Assembly (NCBI GenBank): GCA_014360495.1
Contig: JACIXR010000007.1
Span: forward strand, 44,501-108,500
Reading direction: 5' to 3'
DNA: 64,000 nt
Origin: a bacterium
Lineage (GTDB): Bacteria; Armatimonadota; JACIXR01
Shown here: piece after piece, positions 51,503 through 59,932 of the stretch
Layout of the letters: every line of letters starts with the position of its first letter
Numbering within the stretch: the first letter of the stretch is position 1
The notes under the pieces: generated by a model
The model's input: only the letters and a program-made list of their open reading frames with translations
What the model was told of the DNA's origin: nothing
Database searches by the model: none
Translations under genes and position numbers: made by a program

Positions 51503-52870
51503 ATGAGTAGTATGGTTTATGAAAATTGGCAGGAGATGCTCTTCGGCATCTCAAAAAAGCCGATAAAGTGTGGCTTAGGCTTGGAGATTGGTTCAGGGGA
51601 GGTTATCCCCGAGATTAAGCCGCATCCTCGCCCCGGAATGGAAGCCAGCCTTGATTCACTGCTTGAAGAATACAAACGCATTACAAATGATATAATGGAG
51701 AGGGCAATAAAGCTTGGATTTCCCTCCATAATGTTGGAAATAGAACATGTTGCCCAACTCACCCTTAACCCGGCTTGGGGTGAAGAGGTCGTAAAGATTT
51801 GTAAGGATATCCTCCATAAATTTCATCAAAGATACGGGATAAAATGCGCTCTACGAGCCACGATAGCTGATGTGAGGAGGAGTGAGCATAATTTGAGGAA
51901 GAGCAAGGAGACAGACCTATTATTTGAATCTTTTGAAAGATGTGCCCGAGCGGGAGCAGATGTCCTCTCTATTGAATCAATAGGGGGCAAAGAGGTCTTC
52001 AATTACGCTCTCACTCGTCAGGATTTGCCAGGCATTCTCTTCGCCATAGCTGTATTGGGAAGCAGGGATATGGAATTTCTTTGGGATAGAATCGTTGAGA
52101 TAGCGGAGCAATACGAATCCATCCCGGGTGGAGATACGGATTGTGCCCACGCTAACACCGCGATGATGCTTGCTGGCGGGATGGTAGGGGGAGACTTCCC
52201 GCATACCGTTGCCGCTCTAATTAGAGCAATGGCGGGAGCCCGCTCTTTGGTTGCGGTGGAAAGGGGAGCTAAAGGACCTCTTAAGGATTGTGGATACGAA
52301 AACCCCATAATAAAGGCAATCACTGGTGTCCCAATATCCATGGAAGGGAAAACAGCTGCTTGCGCTCATATGGATTTAATGGGAAATCTCGCCGCCTCGG
52401 TATGCGACTTGTGGTCTAATGAGGCTGTTGAGTATAGAGATATGTTTGGTGGCACAACGATTGCCGTCTTCACGGAGATACTTGGCTACGATGCTTCTCT
52501 GTTCAACACAGCCCTCGCTACAGGCTACGCTGAGTGCTTAAGAGATTTGCTGGTTGCTTCTGATAAATATCGTGACCCTCAAGCATTGGTCATCTCACCA
52601 GATGTAGCCTGGGAAATCGGAAAAGTAGTAGCCGATACCCAAGGATATTACTTAAGGGCGAAAAGGGCTGTTCTTAAGGCTGGCGAAATAATTAAAAGAG
52701 AGTTAAAGGAAGGGAATTTACAAATTCCCCAACGGGAATTAGACGCCTTAGATTCCGCTCTCCTGCAACTTTCTTCCCTTCCTGACGATGAGGAGAAATT
52801 CACTCACGATATGAAGGGCAAATACGAAACACTTGTTGAGGATTTCCTTCCATCTTCCTATGACATCTAA
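51503..52870 (+). CDS. mtaB: Methanol:corrinoid methyltransferase, MtaB family
   Basis: From the Met at 51503 the protein reads SMVYENWQEMLFGISKKPIKCGLGLEIGSGEVIPEIKPHPRPG...EYKRITNDIMERAIKLGFPSIMLEIEHVAQLTLNPAWGEEV...YGIKCALRATIADVR. This closely parallels recalled Methanosarcina MtaB (SMAYANADEMTFGVSKYPVKAGLDLEIGAG...EYERITTDVMERAV...GIKCALRHTIGDIR). Conserved Cys positions (DTDCAHAN, AACAHMD) are present. The ORF track start is TTG 51497. Confidence 0.85.
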   Translation: MSSMVYENWQEMLFGISKKPIKCGLGLEIGSGEVIPEIKPHPRPGMEASLDSLLEEYKRITNDIMERAIKLGFPSIMLEIEHVAQLTLNPAWGEEVVKICKDILHKFHQRYGIKCALRATIADVRRSEHNLRKSKETDLLFESFERCARAGADVLSIESIGGKEVFNYALTRQDLPGILFAIAVLGSRDMEFLWDRIVEIAEQYESIPGGDTDCAHANTAMMLAGGMVGGDFPHTVAALIRAMAGARSLVAVERGAKGPLKDCGYENPIIKAITGVPISMEGKTAACAHMDLMGNLAASVCDLWSNEAVEYRDMFGGTTIAVFTEILGYDASLFNTALATGYAECLRDLLVASDKYRDPQALVISPDVAWEIGKVVADTQGYYLRAKRAVLKAGEIIKRELKEGNLQIPQRELDALDSALLQLSSLPDDEEKFTHDMKGKYETLVEDFLPSSYDI

Positions 52871-52885
52871 AAGGAGGTAATGCAA

Positions 52886-54631
52886 ATGTCTATCTTTAAA
52901 AATGTTTTAGCTTCGCTTTTGAGGGAAAGAAAAAGCTTTTACCCCTGCCTCTCCGCTAATCCAACGCCTACATTTGAGCAAATGAAGGCAGTTAATAGCT
53001 TCTTCCCCGCTGCTCATAAAGACCCCGAGAAGATGTCCCATTTAGCGATTGCAGGTCATAAATTAATCGGATTTGACGCAGTAAGAATCCCCTTCTGCCA
53101 AACTATTGAAGCGGAGGCGCTTGGTTGTGAGGTTTTCCTTGGTAGCGACAACATACCAACTGTCATATCCCATCCTTATCGCATAGGGGATAAGTTTATC
53201 CTTCCCGACGATATCTTAAAAAGGGGAAGAATACCCGTCCTCTTGGAAGCAATTAAAATTATCAAAGACGAAGTTAAGGAAGTGCCCCTCATAGTTGGAC
53301 TTGTTGGCCCTTTCACAATAACCGGCTATCTGTTTGGGATGACCCAACTTCTTATGCAGATGGCTATTTCACCCGAGGAGATTCTTCCTTACATGGAGAT
53401 GGCCCTACAGGTGAATGAAATTCTTGTTAAAGCTGTTGAGGAGGCGGGTGCTGACATAATCTGTGTTGAGGATATGACCGCCTCCACTGATATGATTAGT
53501 CCAGATATGTATAAAGATTTTATTCTTCCCTATCACGAAAAACTTTTTTCCTTTATATCTCTCCCCTCAATTCTCCACATTTGCGGGAATGTTACCCCTA
53601 TAATCGGATATATGGCTGAAACTGGTGCTGACGCCTTAAGCATTGATGATAAAACAGACTTGAGGAGGGCAAGAGATATTACTAAAATGAAAGTTACTTT
53701 GCTGGGTAATCTTAATCCTTCCACTACCCTTCTTCATGGGGACGAGAAAAAAGTTAGGGAAGCAACAAGAAAAGCCATCCGGGATGGAATCGACATAGTT
53801 GCTCCTGGCTGCGCCCTCCCCCTTGGTACCCCCTCTTCTAACCTGCGTGCGATGGTTGAGGAAACGCATAAGGCAAGCCTACCAAAGACCTTCACAGGAA
53901 TATCTGCTCCCATCTATCCCTTCAGACTCTACGGAATTGAAGAGAAAAAGGGAAAAGAAATAACCCCCGAAGTGGAAACTCCCTTTCCCCGTATAAGGGA
54001 AGCAGTGCTTAAAGGTAATAAAGAAGAATGCAGGAAGGCGACCGAGGAAGCCCTTTCAATAGCCAATCCCGAAGAAGTAATAGAGAAGGGATTGGTTAAG
54101 GCAATGGATGAGGTAGGGAAATTATGGGAAGAAGGCTACTTCTTCCTTCCCCAAGTTATGCTCTCCGCTGATGCTCTAATGGAGGGGTTAGAACTATGCG
54201 AGAGGAAAATGGGGGCAAGGTTGAAGAAAAAGGGGAAAGTGGTGCTTTTTGTGGCTAAAGGCGATATTCATACCATTGGCAAGAACATAGTGAAAGCACT
54301 CCTTTCTGCTTCTGGGTTTGAAGTAATAGATTTAGGAGTGGATATTGATGATGAGGAGGTTATAAGGGCAGTGAAGAAGCATAAACCGGTTCTTTTGGGG
54401 GGTTCGGCACTTATGACCACGACTATGTCTGCATTTCCCCGCATCGCCAAAAGACTTCTGGAGGAGGGTATAGAAATCCCCTTTGCCTGTGGAGGAGGAG
54501 CAGTTAATGAGGAATTTTGTGATACATTCCCCCTGGGCATATATGGAGGTGAAGCGAGAAGGGCTCCGCTGATTGCTGAGGCAGCGTTAGAGGGTAAGAA
54601 TTGGAGAGAAATCAAAGAAATGTTTCGTTAA
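52886..54631 (+). CDS. Fused MtaA-like methylcobamide methyltransferase (URO-D fold) and MtaC-like corrinoid (B12-binding) protein
   Basis: N-terminal about 340 aa match recalled archaeal MtaA (RGRIPVLLEAIKIIKDEV; LHICGNVTPI; VAPGCALPLGTP). C-terminus has a helical cap plus Rossmann B12-binding domain with the DxHxxG motif (KGDIHTIGKN) and GGSALMTTT. AGGAGG RBS 8 nt upstream of ATG 52886; 15-nt gap after mtaB. Confidence 0.85.
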   Translation: MSIFKNVLASLLRERKSFYPCLSANPTPTFEQMKAVNSFFPAAHKDPEKMSHLAIAGHKLIGFDAVRIPFCQTIEAEALGCEVFLGSDNIPTVISHPYRIGDKFILPDDILKRGRIPVLLEAIKIIKDEVKEVPLIVGLVGPFTITGYLFGMTQLLMQMAISPEEILPYMEMALQVNEILVKAVEEAGADIICVEDMTASTDMISPDMYKDFILPYHEKLFSFISLPSILHICGNVTPIIGYMAETGADALSIDDKTDLRRARDITKMKVTLLGNLNPSTTLLHGDEKKVREATRKAIRDGIDIVAPGCALPLGTPSSNLRAMVEETHKASLPKTFTGISAPIYPFRLYGIEEKKGKEITPEVETPFPRIREAVLKGNKEECRKATEEALSIANPEEVIEKGLVKAMDEVGKLWEEGYFFLPQVMLSADALMEGLELCERKMGARLKKKGKVVLFVAKGDIHTIGKNIVKALLSASGFEVIDLGVDIDDEEVIRAVKKHKPVLLGGSALMTTTMSAFPRIAKRLLEEGIEIPFACGGGAVNEEFCDTFPLGIYGGEARRAPLIAEAALEGKNWREIKEMFR

Positions 54632-54659
54632 ATTCAAAGAATGAAAAAGTTGCAACTAA

Positions 54660-57600
54660 TTAGAAGGAGCGGGTGAGGTCGAGCCTGAGACCGACATTGT
54701 TCTTCCCCTTGAAGTTATCGGTGTAGTAGCCGGACAAGCTGAGGGAGTTCTCAGGATTTATGTTGCGAGAATAGGAGAACCTGTAGGTTATTCCACCAAC
54801 CTTGTCTCCCGCAATTGAGGAGTAGTCAAGGCTAACAGAGGTATCAAGCGTCTCATAAGCGGAAAGCTTGCCGGAGATGGCAAAAAGGCTCTTGTAAACT
54901 CCCTTATTTTCCCTCTCTATGAAGTTGTATTCGTGGCATCCCTTGAAGGAAAGCTTATCGTTGAGAGGGAATGCAATCTCCCAATTGAGCTTTCTGGTAA
55001 GCTTCTTATTTGGGTCGGGAACATTATCAAGAAGCGCAATCTTCAAGTTGAACTTCGGGGAAGGAGTGTATTGAAGTGCATACTGCTTGTTCATCTTTCC
55101 ATTCATATAATTGCTATCCAGAATGTATTCACCAGAAAGGACTGGAGAGCCCTGATATTTCAAGACGACCCTCTTGGTATTGAGGACATTTCCCTTTTGG
55201 TCCTCGGGATTTCTCAACAAAGAAAGGGTGAAGGTCTTCCCATCAAAGGGATAGACGATATCCAATCCCCTCGTCGTCTTGTCGTTCTGCCCGCTCCTAT
55301 CCTTGAAGGTGAAGCTGAGCTTATAGGGGGCACCTTGAGGTTGATAATTAGCCTGAAGCAGGCGGTAAGAGTTGGATTTATCTCCGAGGGACTGGATTCC
55401 ATATGCGAGATTGCCAGTTAAACCTGGGATGAAAGTCCTCGTTAAGGAGAATTCCTGCTTCTTTCCGTCCTTCCCGTTTTGCGTCATCTTGATGTTCTCC
55501 GCTTTAAACTGGGATTGGGAATCAAGTTTTTGAACAAGAGCTATCCTCCTGAAGCTGTGCTCCGCGCTTTCCTTAAAGGAAAAGCTCAAGGTTCCCGCTT
55601 TTCCTTTAAGCAAAGGAGAGTTGATATCAATGCTTCCTTCGTCAATTCTCTTGCCATCCTCCAGATTTTTACGAGAAAAGTTAAGGGCGTAGGAGAAGTT
55701 TTTCTTCAAAGACTGGTTAAAGTTTATAACGGTCAAATCGGACTGAAATTCCTTATCCCCTTCCTTCCTGTATCCCTGCATCCTCTGGAGTTTGAGGTGA
55801 GCATTGGCGAAGGCTTTCTCAACTATCAGGTTATAGATGTCGTTGGAACGATTAACATCGCTAACCTGCTTGGTGGAATCCAAAGTGAGATAGGCTTTCA
55901 GATTATTCTTGCCGGTGAATGCCAAGTTATGGACGCTATGGGTTGTGGATTTGCCCCACATCCCGTCGCTCCTCGTGATATCCAAGCTCTCTATCTTGGT
56001 GATGGAGGTGGAGAAGGCAAGATTCTTTGAGAGAGGCAATGCAAGGAAGAAGTCCTTCTTCTCCGCGGACCTCTCCTGGGCAAGGCGTCCCTTGTCAGCC
56101 TCTGCTAAATCCGCAAATCTCGTGAACGATGGGTCTATGGTTTGAGTTGCGAAGCGGAAAATAGGCTGGTCCTTCACTTTCAGCTCTATGCTCTTCCCGT
56201 CAATTGAACCTTGAGAGTCCCCTATCTTGCGAGAGGATAGAGAAAGGGTCAAGCCCGGCAGGAGGTTATCAAGCTTGAAATTACCGCTCAAGAGGGATTT
56301 CTTTATTCCCCATTCATTGGCAAATCTCTTCTTTTCCGGGTCGGTCAAATCTCCGAAACGCCTGAACCCCTCGCTGAACTCACTCTTATAGAACGAGATT
56401 TGCCACTTATCGCTCTTCAATTGTAGGCTGTTGCCCTTCCAACCTTCTTTCCCATCCAATAAGCTAGCGATGCTAAAGGAAGTCTGCAATTTAGGCGAGA
56501 AGTTGAACGAACCCTCAATGGTCTTCCTCGCCAACCCCTTTTCCTTTGCGAGCTGACCAGCGTCGGGCTCAGTTAAATTGCCAAAGCGAGCGAAATCCCG
56601 TCCAACTTCCTGCTTGCTGATTGAAAGGGAGAAATTCTTCCCCTTCAAGTCCAATTTCCCCCTCTCAATTCCATCCTTCTCATCTTTTATCCTCGTCTGG
56701 GAAAGGTTGAGGGTAATATTGGGGAGAAGATTCTTGGAAAGTTCCAGTGAATTCCTGCTTATCCCAATCTCCTTCGCCCATATTTTCGCTTCCGGCTCGT
56801 TCAAATCCTTCCCCCTCACGAAATCGGAGGTTATGCTTTGCTGGGTTAGACGGAGGAACTCGTTGTTATTGCCCTTTAGCTCTATCTGCCTCAATTTTCC
56901 CTCCCCTTTACCGTCGGTGGCGGATTTGTAAACAGTGGAAAGGGAAAGCGAATCGGAGAGCTTTATCTGCCCAGAGATTATCTGCTTGGTGATTCCCTTC
57001 TCCCTTGCCACTCCTTGGTTGCCCTTCGTTTGGGGGTCAACGGTTTGGCGAGTGAAGGAAAGGGAAAAAGCGGAGCTTTGGTAGCCAACTCCAAACTTCT
57101 TCGTGCCCGCCTCCTGCTTGAGGAAGGCAACATCCTTGCCGTTTAGATTATCGGGAATTCCCTGAGCGAGGAAATCCTTGTCTATCTCCTGATAGAAGAG
57201 GGTCAGCTTCCCCTTCCCCAAGGAGTAATCCAACCAGTTGGCGAAAGCCTTGCCTTTCTGGGAGGGAGCAGGGGCAGCGTTATCCCTTGTCATACCAGCA
57301 AGATAGTTATTCGTTGGTGATGTTCTGCTGAAGAAGAGGAGTCCCCTCCAAGTCGCATTGGAGCTCAACTTTGAGGTCAAGTCACTGCCGACAATCCAAG
57401 TCTCCATCTTATCCTGACCCGCTACAGCGGGGCGGAAGAAAGTAAATAGGCTGAGGGTAGATGAACCGCCGTTGAACGCAAGCTGGAGAGGCAGTCCGCT
57501 TGGAGATTGATTCTGCTTATTCGGGTCATAGTGATAAGAGACGATGAGGGTTCCCGATTTTATGTCCCCAGGGAGGAGAATCGTTCCATTAGCGTAATCA

Positions 57601-57854
57601 ATGATATAATCTACATCCCGCTTGAGGAAGCGCCCATTTGCGATTACCTTCTCGCTTCCCTCCACTATCCCCCTATGGGAGAGATAGAATACGCCACCCT
57701 TTACCACCTTCAGGGTGTCTGTGTAGAAAAGGGCTCCCTGTACGGCTGGCGCCTCATTCTGAAACCTCAAGGCTCCATTGGGCGCCGGCAATTCAAGGGA
57801 AAAAGCAAGGGAAGCTATCAAGCTAATTAAACTCAAAAATAGGAAACGCTTCAT
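54660..57854 (-). CDS. Giant outer-membrane-like protein with internal ~45-aa degenerate repeats and C-terminal aromatic residue
   Basis: Signal peptide MKRFLFLSLISLIASLAFS, taking the start at the internal Met 57854; the ORF track start is 57884. At least five repeats of type [D/E]F.RFG.L.[ED]P.... (DFARFGNLTEPDAG..., GFRRFGDLTDPEKK..., SFTRFADLAEADKG...). Ends ...GLRLDLTRSF, as in beta-barrel OMPs. Confidence 0.5.
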   Translation of the reverse strand: MKRFLFLSLISLIASLAFSLELPAPNGALRFQNEAPAVQGALFYTDTLKVVKGGVFYLSHRGIVEGSEKVIANGRFLKRDVDYIIDYANGTILLPGDIKSGTLIVSYHYDPNKQNQSPSGLPLQLAFNGGSSTLSLFTFFRPAVAGQDKMETWIVGSDLTSKLSSNATWRGLLFFSRTSPTNNYLAGMTRDNAAPAPSQKGKAFANWLDYSLGKGKLTLFYQEIDKDFLAQGIPDNLNGKDVAFLKQEAGTKKFGVGYQSSAFSLSFTRQTVDPQTKGNQGVAREKGITKQIISGQIKLSDSLSLSTVYKSATDGKGEGKLRQIELKGNNNEFLRLTQQSITSDFVRGKDLNEPEAKIWAKEIGISRNSLELSKNLLPNITLNLSQTRIKDEKDGIERGKLDLKGKNFSLSISKQEVGRDFARFGNLTEPDAGQLAKEKGLARKTIEGSFNFSPKLQTSFSIASLLDGKEGWKGNSLQLKSDKWQISFYKSEFSEGFRRFGDLTDPEKKRFANEWGIKKSLLSGNFKLDNLLPGLTLSLSSRKIGDSQGSIDGKSIELKVKDQPIFRFATQTIDPSFTRFADLAEADKGRLAQERSAEKKDFFLALPLSKNLAFSTSITKIESLDITRSDGMWGKSTTHSVHNLAFTGKNNLKAYLTLDSTKQVSDVNRSNDIYNLIVEKAFANAHLKLQRMQGYRKEGDKEFQSDLTVINFNQSLKKNFSYALNFSRKNLEDGKRIDEGSIDINSPLLKGKAGTLSFSFKESAEHSFRRIALVQKLDSQSQFKAENIKMTQNGKDGKKQEFSLTRTFIPGLTGNLAYGIQSLGDKSNSYRLLQANYQPQGAPYKLSFTFKDRSGQNDKTTRGLDIVYPFDGKTFTLSLLRNPEDQKGNVLNTKRVVLKYQGSPVLSGEYILDSNYMNGKMNKQYALQYTPSPKFNLKIALLDNVPDPNKKLTRKLNWEIAFPLNDKLSFKGCHEYNFIERENKGVYKSLFAISGKLSAYETLDTSVSLDYSSIAGDKVGGITYRFSYSRNINPENSLSLSGYYTDNFKGKNNVGLRLDLTRSF

Positions 57855-57902
57855 AGTTTCTCTCACCTCCTTGGGGACCACCATCGGGGTTCAACTCCCA
57901 AA

Positions 57903-58949
57903 TTAGAACTCAATCCTCGCTACCCCGATGACAATGCTTTTGTCCAAACGCTCACCTATCTTGGAGGGTAGAGAAGGTTTCTGGAAGGAGCTCGTTGCTT
58001 CCTTGAGAAGCTCGGAAACGGAGGTTTGGGGCTTAACCGCTACCTTTATCCCTTCAGCTGGAGAGGTTTCCTTAGCGGGTTGGGGTTGCTCTGCGACCTT
58101 TACCTCTTTCTGATTTGTCTCCACCTGTGCGGGTTTTTCGCTCGGCTGAGTTGAAGAAGTCTGGCTAACGGTTGGCTGGGAAACTTCCTCTTGTGGAACC
58201 TGAGGAACTACAACGGTTGCCTCTTGGGGAGCTTGGGAAATAGCTGGTGGAATCACAGCCTTCTCCCGCCTTGTGGTTTCCTTTACCTTCTCTTTAGGAA
58301 CCACCCTAGCCAACCTCTTAGCAGTAGCAGCAGGCTTGACCTCCCTTTTTACGGGTTCACGAGAGGACAGGATTCTTTGAGCGACTGCAGGAGTGGTGGG
58401 CGAGGTCGTGGGGTGATGGATGGGGAGAGCGAAGAAAACGAGGGAAGCGGCAGCAGCAAGAGTGGTGAAGCCAATCGCAATGCGACGCAAGAAGATGGGT
58501 CTCCTCTCTATTGCGGCGTATATCCTCTGCCTGAGATAGCGAGGAGCTTCCACCTCGGGAAGGGAATGGAGAAGCTCTTGCAGCTTCTTTTCTCCTTCCA
58601 GCTCTTCCTTGCAATCCCCGCACATAGCGATATGCTCCTCAACCTTCTCTTTCTCGGCTTCGGAGATATCGCCATCCGCATAGAGGGTCAGCAAGGGGCG
58701 AACGACCTCGCATTCCTGCTCCTTCGCAACCCTTGCCATAATCCTCTCTCTGAGGGAGATGGGAGGCTGAACCTCCTCAACCTGGCGGGCGAAGCTCTTT
58801 ACACTCTCCAGCTCCCTCAACTCGCTCCTGCACCTCTCACACTCTTGGAGGTGCCACTCAACACTTTCCCTTTCCGCTTTGGAGAGTTCTCCGTCCAAGT
58901 AGGCGGAAAGGATGGGAGAGATTTGCTCGCAGCTGATTCTTCTTGCCAT
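57903..58949 (-). CDS. Anti-sigma factor with two tandem zf-HC2 domains, one TM helix and Pro/Thr/Gln-rich periplasmic region
   Basis: 348 aa. CEQISPILSAYLDGELS...HLQECERCRSEL, then a second copy EVVRPLLTLYADGDIS...HIAMCGDCKEEL; TM helix IAIGFTTLAAAASLVFFALPI; low-complexity P/T/Q/V-rich tail. Confidence 0.7.
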   Translation of the reverse strand: MARRISCEQISPILSAYLDGELSKAERESVEWHLQECERCRSELRELESVKSFARQVEEVQPPISLRERIMARVAKEQECEVVRPLLTLYADGDISEAEKEKVEEHIAMCGDCKEELEGEKKLQELLHSLPEVEAPRYLRQRIYAAIERRPIFLRRIAIGFTTLAAAASLVFFALPIHHPTTSPTTPAVAQRILSSREPVKREVKPAATAKRLARVVPKEKVKETTRREKAVIPPAISQAPQEATVVVPQVPQEEVSQPTVSQTSSTQPSEKPAQVETNQKEVKVAEQPQPAKETSPAEGIKVAVKPQTSVSELLKEATSSFQKPSLPSKIGERLDKSIVIGVARIEF

Positions 58950-59044
58950 TTTGCATAACCTCCTTTCATTTACATATGACTATAAATTCGTTATTTCGTT
59001 ACAGAATCACCCCAATAAGGAGGCTCAATAGATCATCTTTTAAA

Positions 59045-59072
59045 TTGAAATATCGCAAAAATCTTGTATAAT
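59045..59072 (+). promoter_or_regulatory. Putative sigma70-type promoter of glyQS
   Basis: TTGAAA (59045-59050), 16-nt spacer, TATAAT (59067-59072); the ATG of glyQ is at 59084. Confidence 0.45.
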
Positions 59073-59083
59073 TAAAAAACCAG

Positions 59084-59932
59084 ATGGAATTCCAGACCCT
59101 TCTTCGAAAGTTGGACGAGTTTTGGATTAATCAAGGTTGCCTCATCCTCCAACCTTACGATGTAGAGGTTGGAGCGGGAACTATGCATCCCGCCACTTTC
59201 TTCGGCGCCCTTGGCGATTATCCTTGGCGCGTCGCCTATGTCCAGCCCTCCCGCAGACCACAAGACGGTCGCTACGCCCAGAATCCCAATCGCTTGCAAA
59301 GATATTATCAGTATCAGGTCATCGTTAAGCCCGCACCCCACGATATCCAAAACATCTACCTTGATAGCCTTGAATTCTTGGGCATCCACCTCAAAAAACA
59401 CGAAGTTCGCTTCATAGAAGACGATTGGGAATCCCCTACACTCGGCGCCTCGGGCGTCGGATGGGAGGTCTGGCTTGACGGATTGGAAATCACGCAGTTC
59501 ACCTACTTCCAACAAATGGGCGGAGTGGAGCTATCTACCATCTCCGTTGAGATAACCTACGGACCGGAAAGGCTCGCTATGTATCTTCAAAAAAGCGATT
59601 CCATTTTGGATATTGAATGGGGAAGAGGAATTAAATATGGAGATATCCACACCGCTATGGAAGTAGAACACTGCAAATACAACTTTGAATTGGCTGATAT
59701 CTCTTCCCTCCTCTCCCTCTTCAACCATTATGAGAAGGAAGCCCACTCGCTTTTAGACAAGAAATTGATATTCCCAAGCTATGACTTGGCTCTTAAATGC
59801 TCCCATATCTTCAATATCCTTGATGCGAGAGGAGCGCTAAGCGTTACAGAAAGAGCTTCCTTTATAGATAGAGTGCGAGCGATTGCAAATAGGTGCGCCC
59901 AACTTTACATCCAACAGGAGGCATCGGTATAA
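59084..59932 (+). CDS. glyQ: Glycine--tRNA ligase alpha subunit
   Basis: 282 aa. [28 protein letters not shown]...[23 protein letters not shown] is the highly conserved GlyQ core. Confidence 0.95.
   Translation: MEFQTLLRKLDEFWINQGCLILQPYDVEVGAGTMHPATFFGALGDYPWRVAYVQPSRRPQDGRYAQNPNRLQRYYQYQVIVKPAPHDIQNIYLDSLEFLGIHLKKHEVRFIEDDWESPTLGASGVGWEVWLDGLEITQFTYFQQMGGVELSTISVEITYGPERLAMYLQKSDSILDIEWGRGIKYGDIHTAMEVEHCKYNFELADISSLLSLFNHYEKEAHSLLDKKLIFPSYDLALKCSHIFNILDARGALSVTERASFIDRVRAIANRCAQLYIQQEASV

Noticed and set aside
58950-59083. Possible T-box leader upstream of glyQS
   Set aside because: The intergenic region is only about 134 bp and contains the promoter itself; too short for a T-box riboswitch, and no specifier/antiterminator structure was seen.
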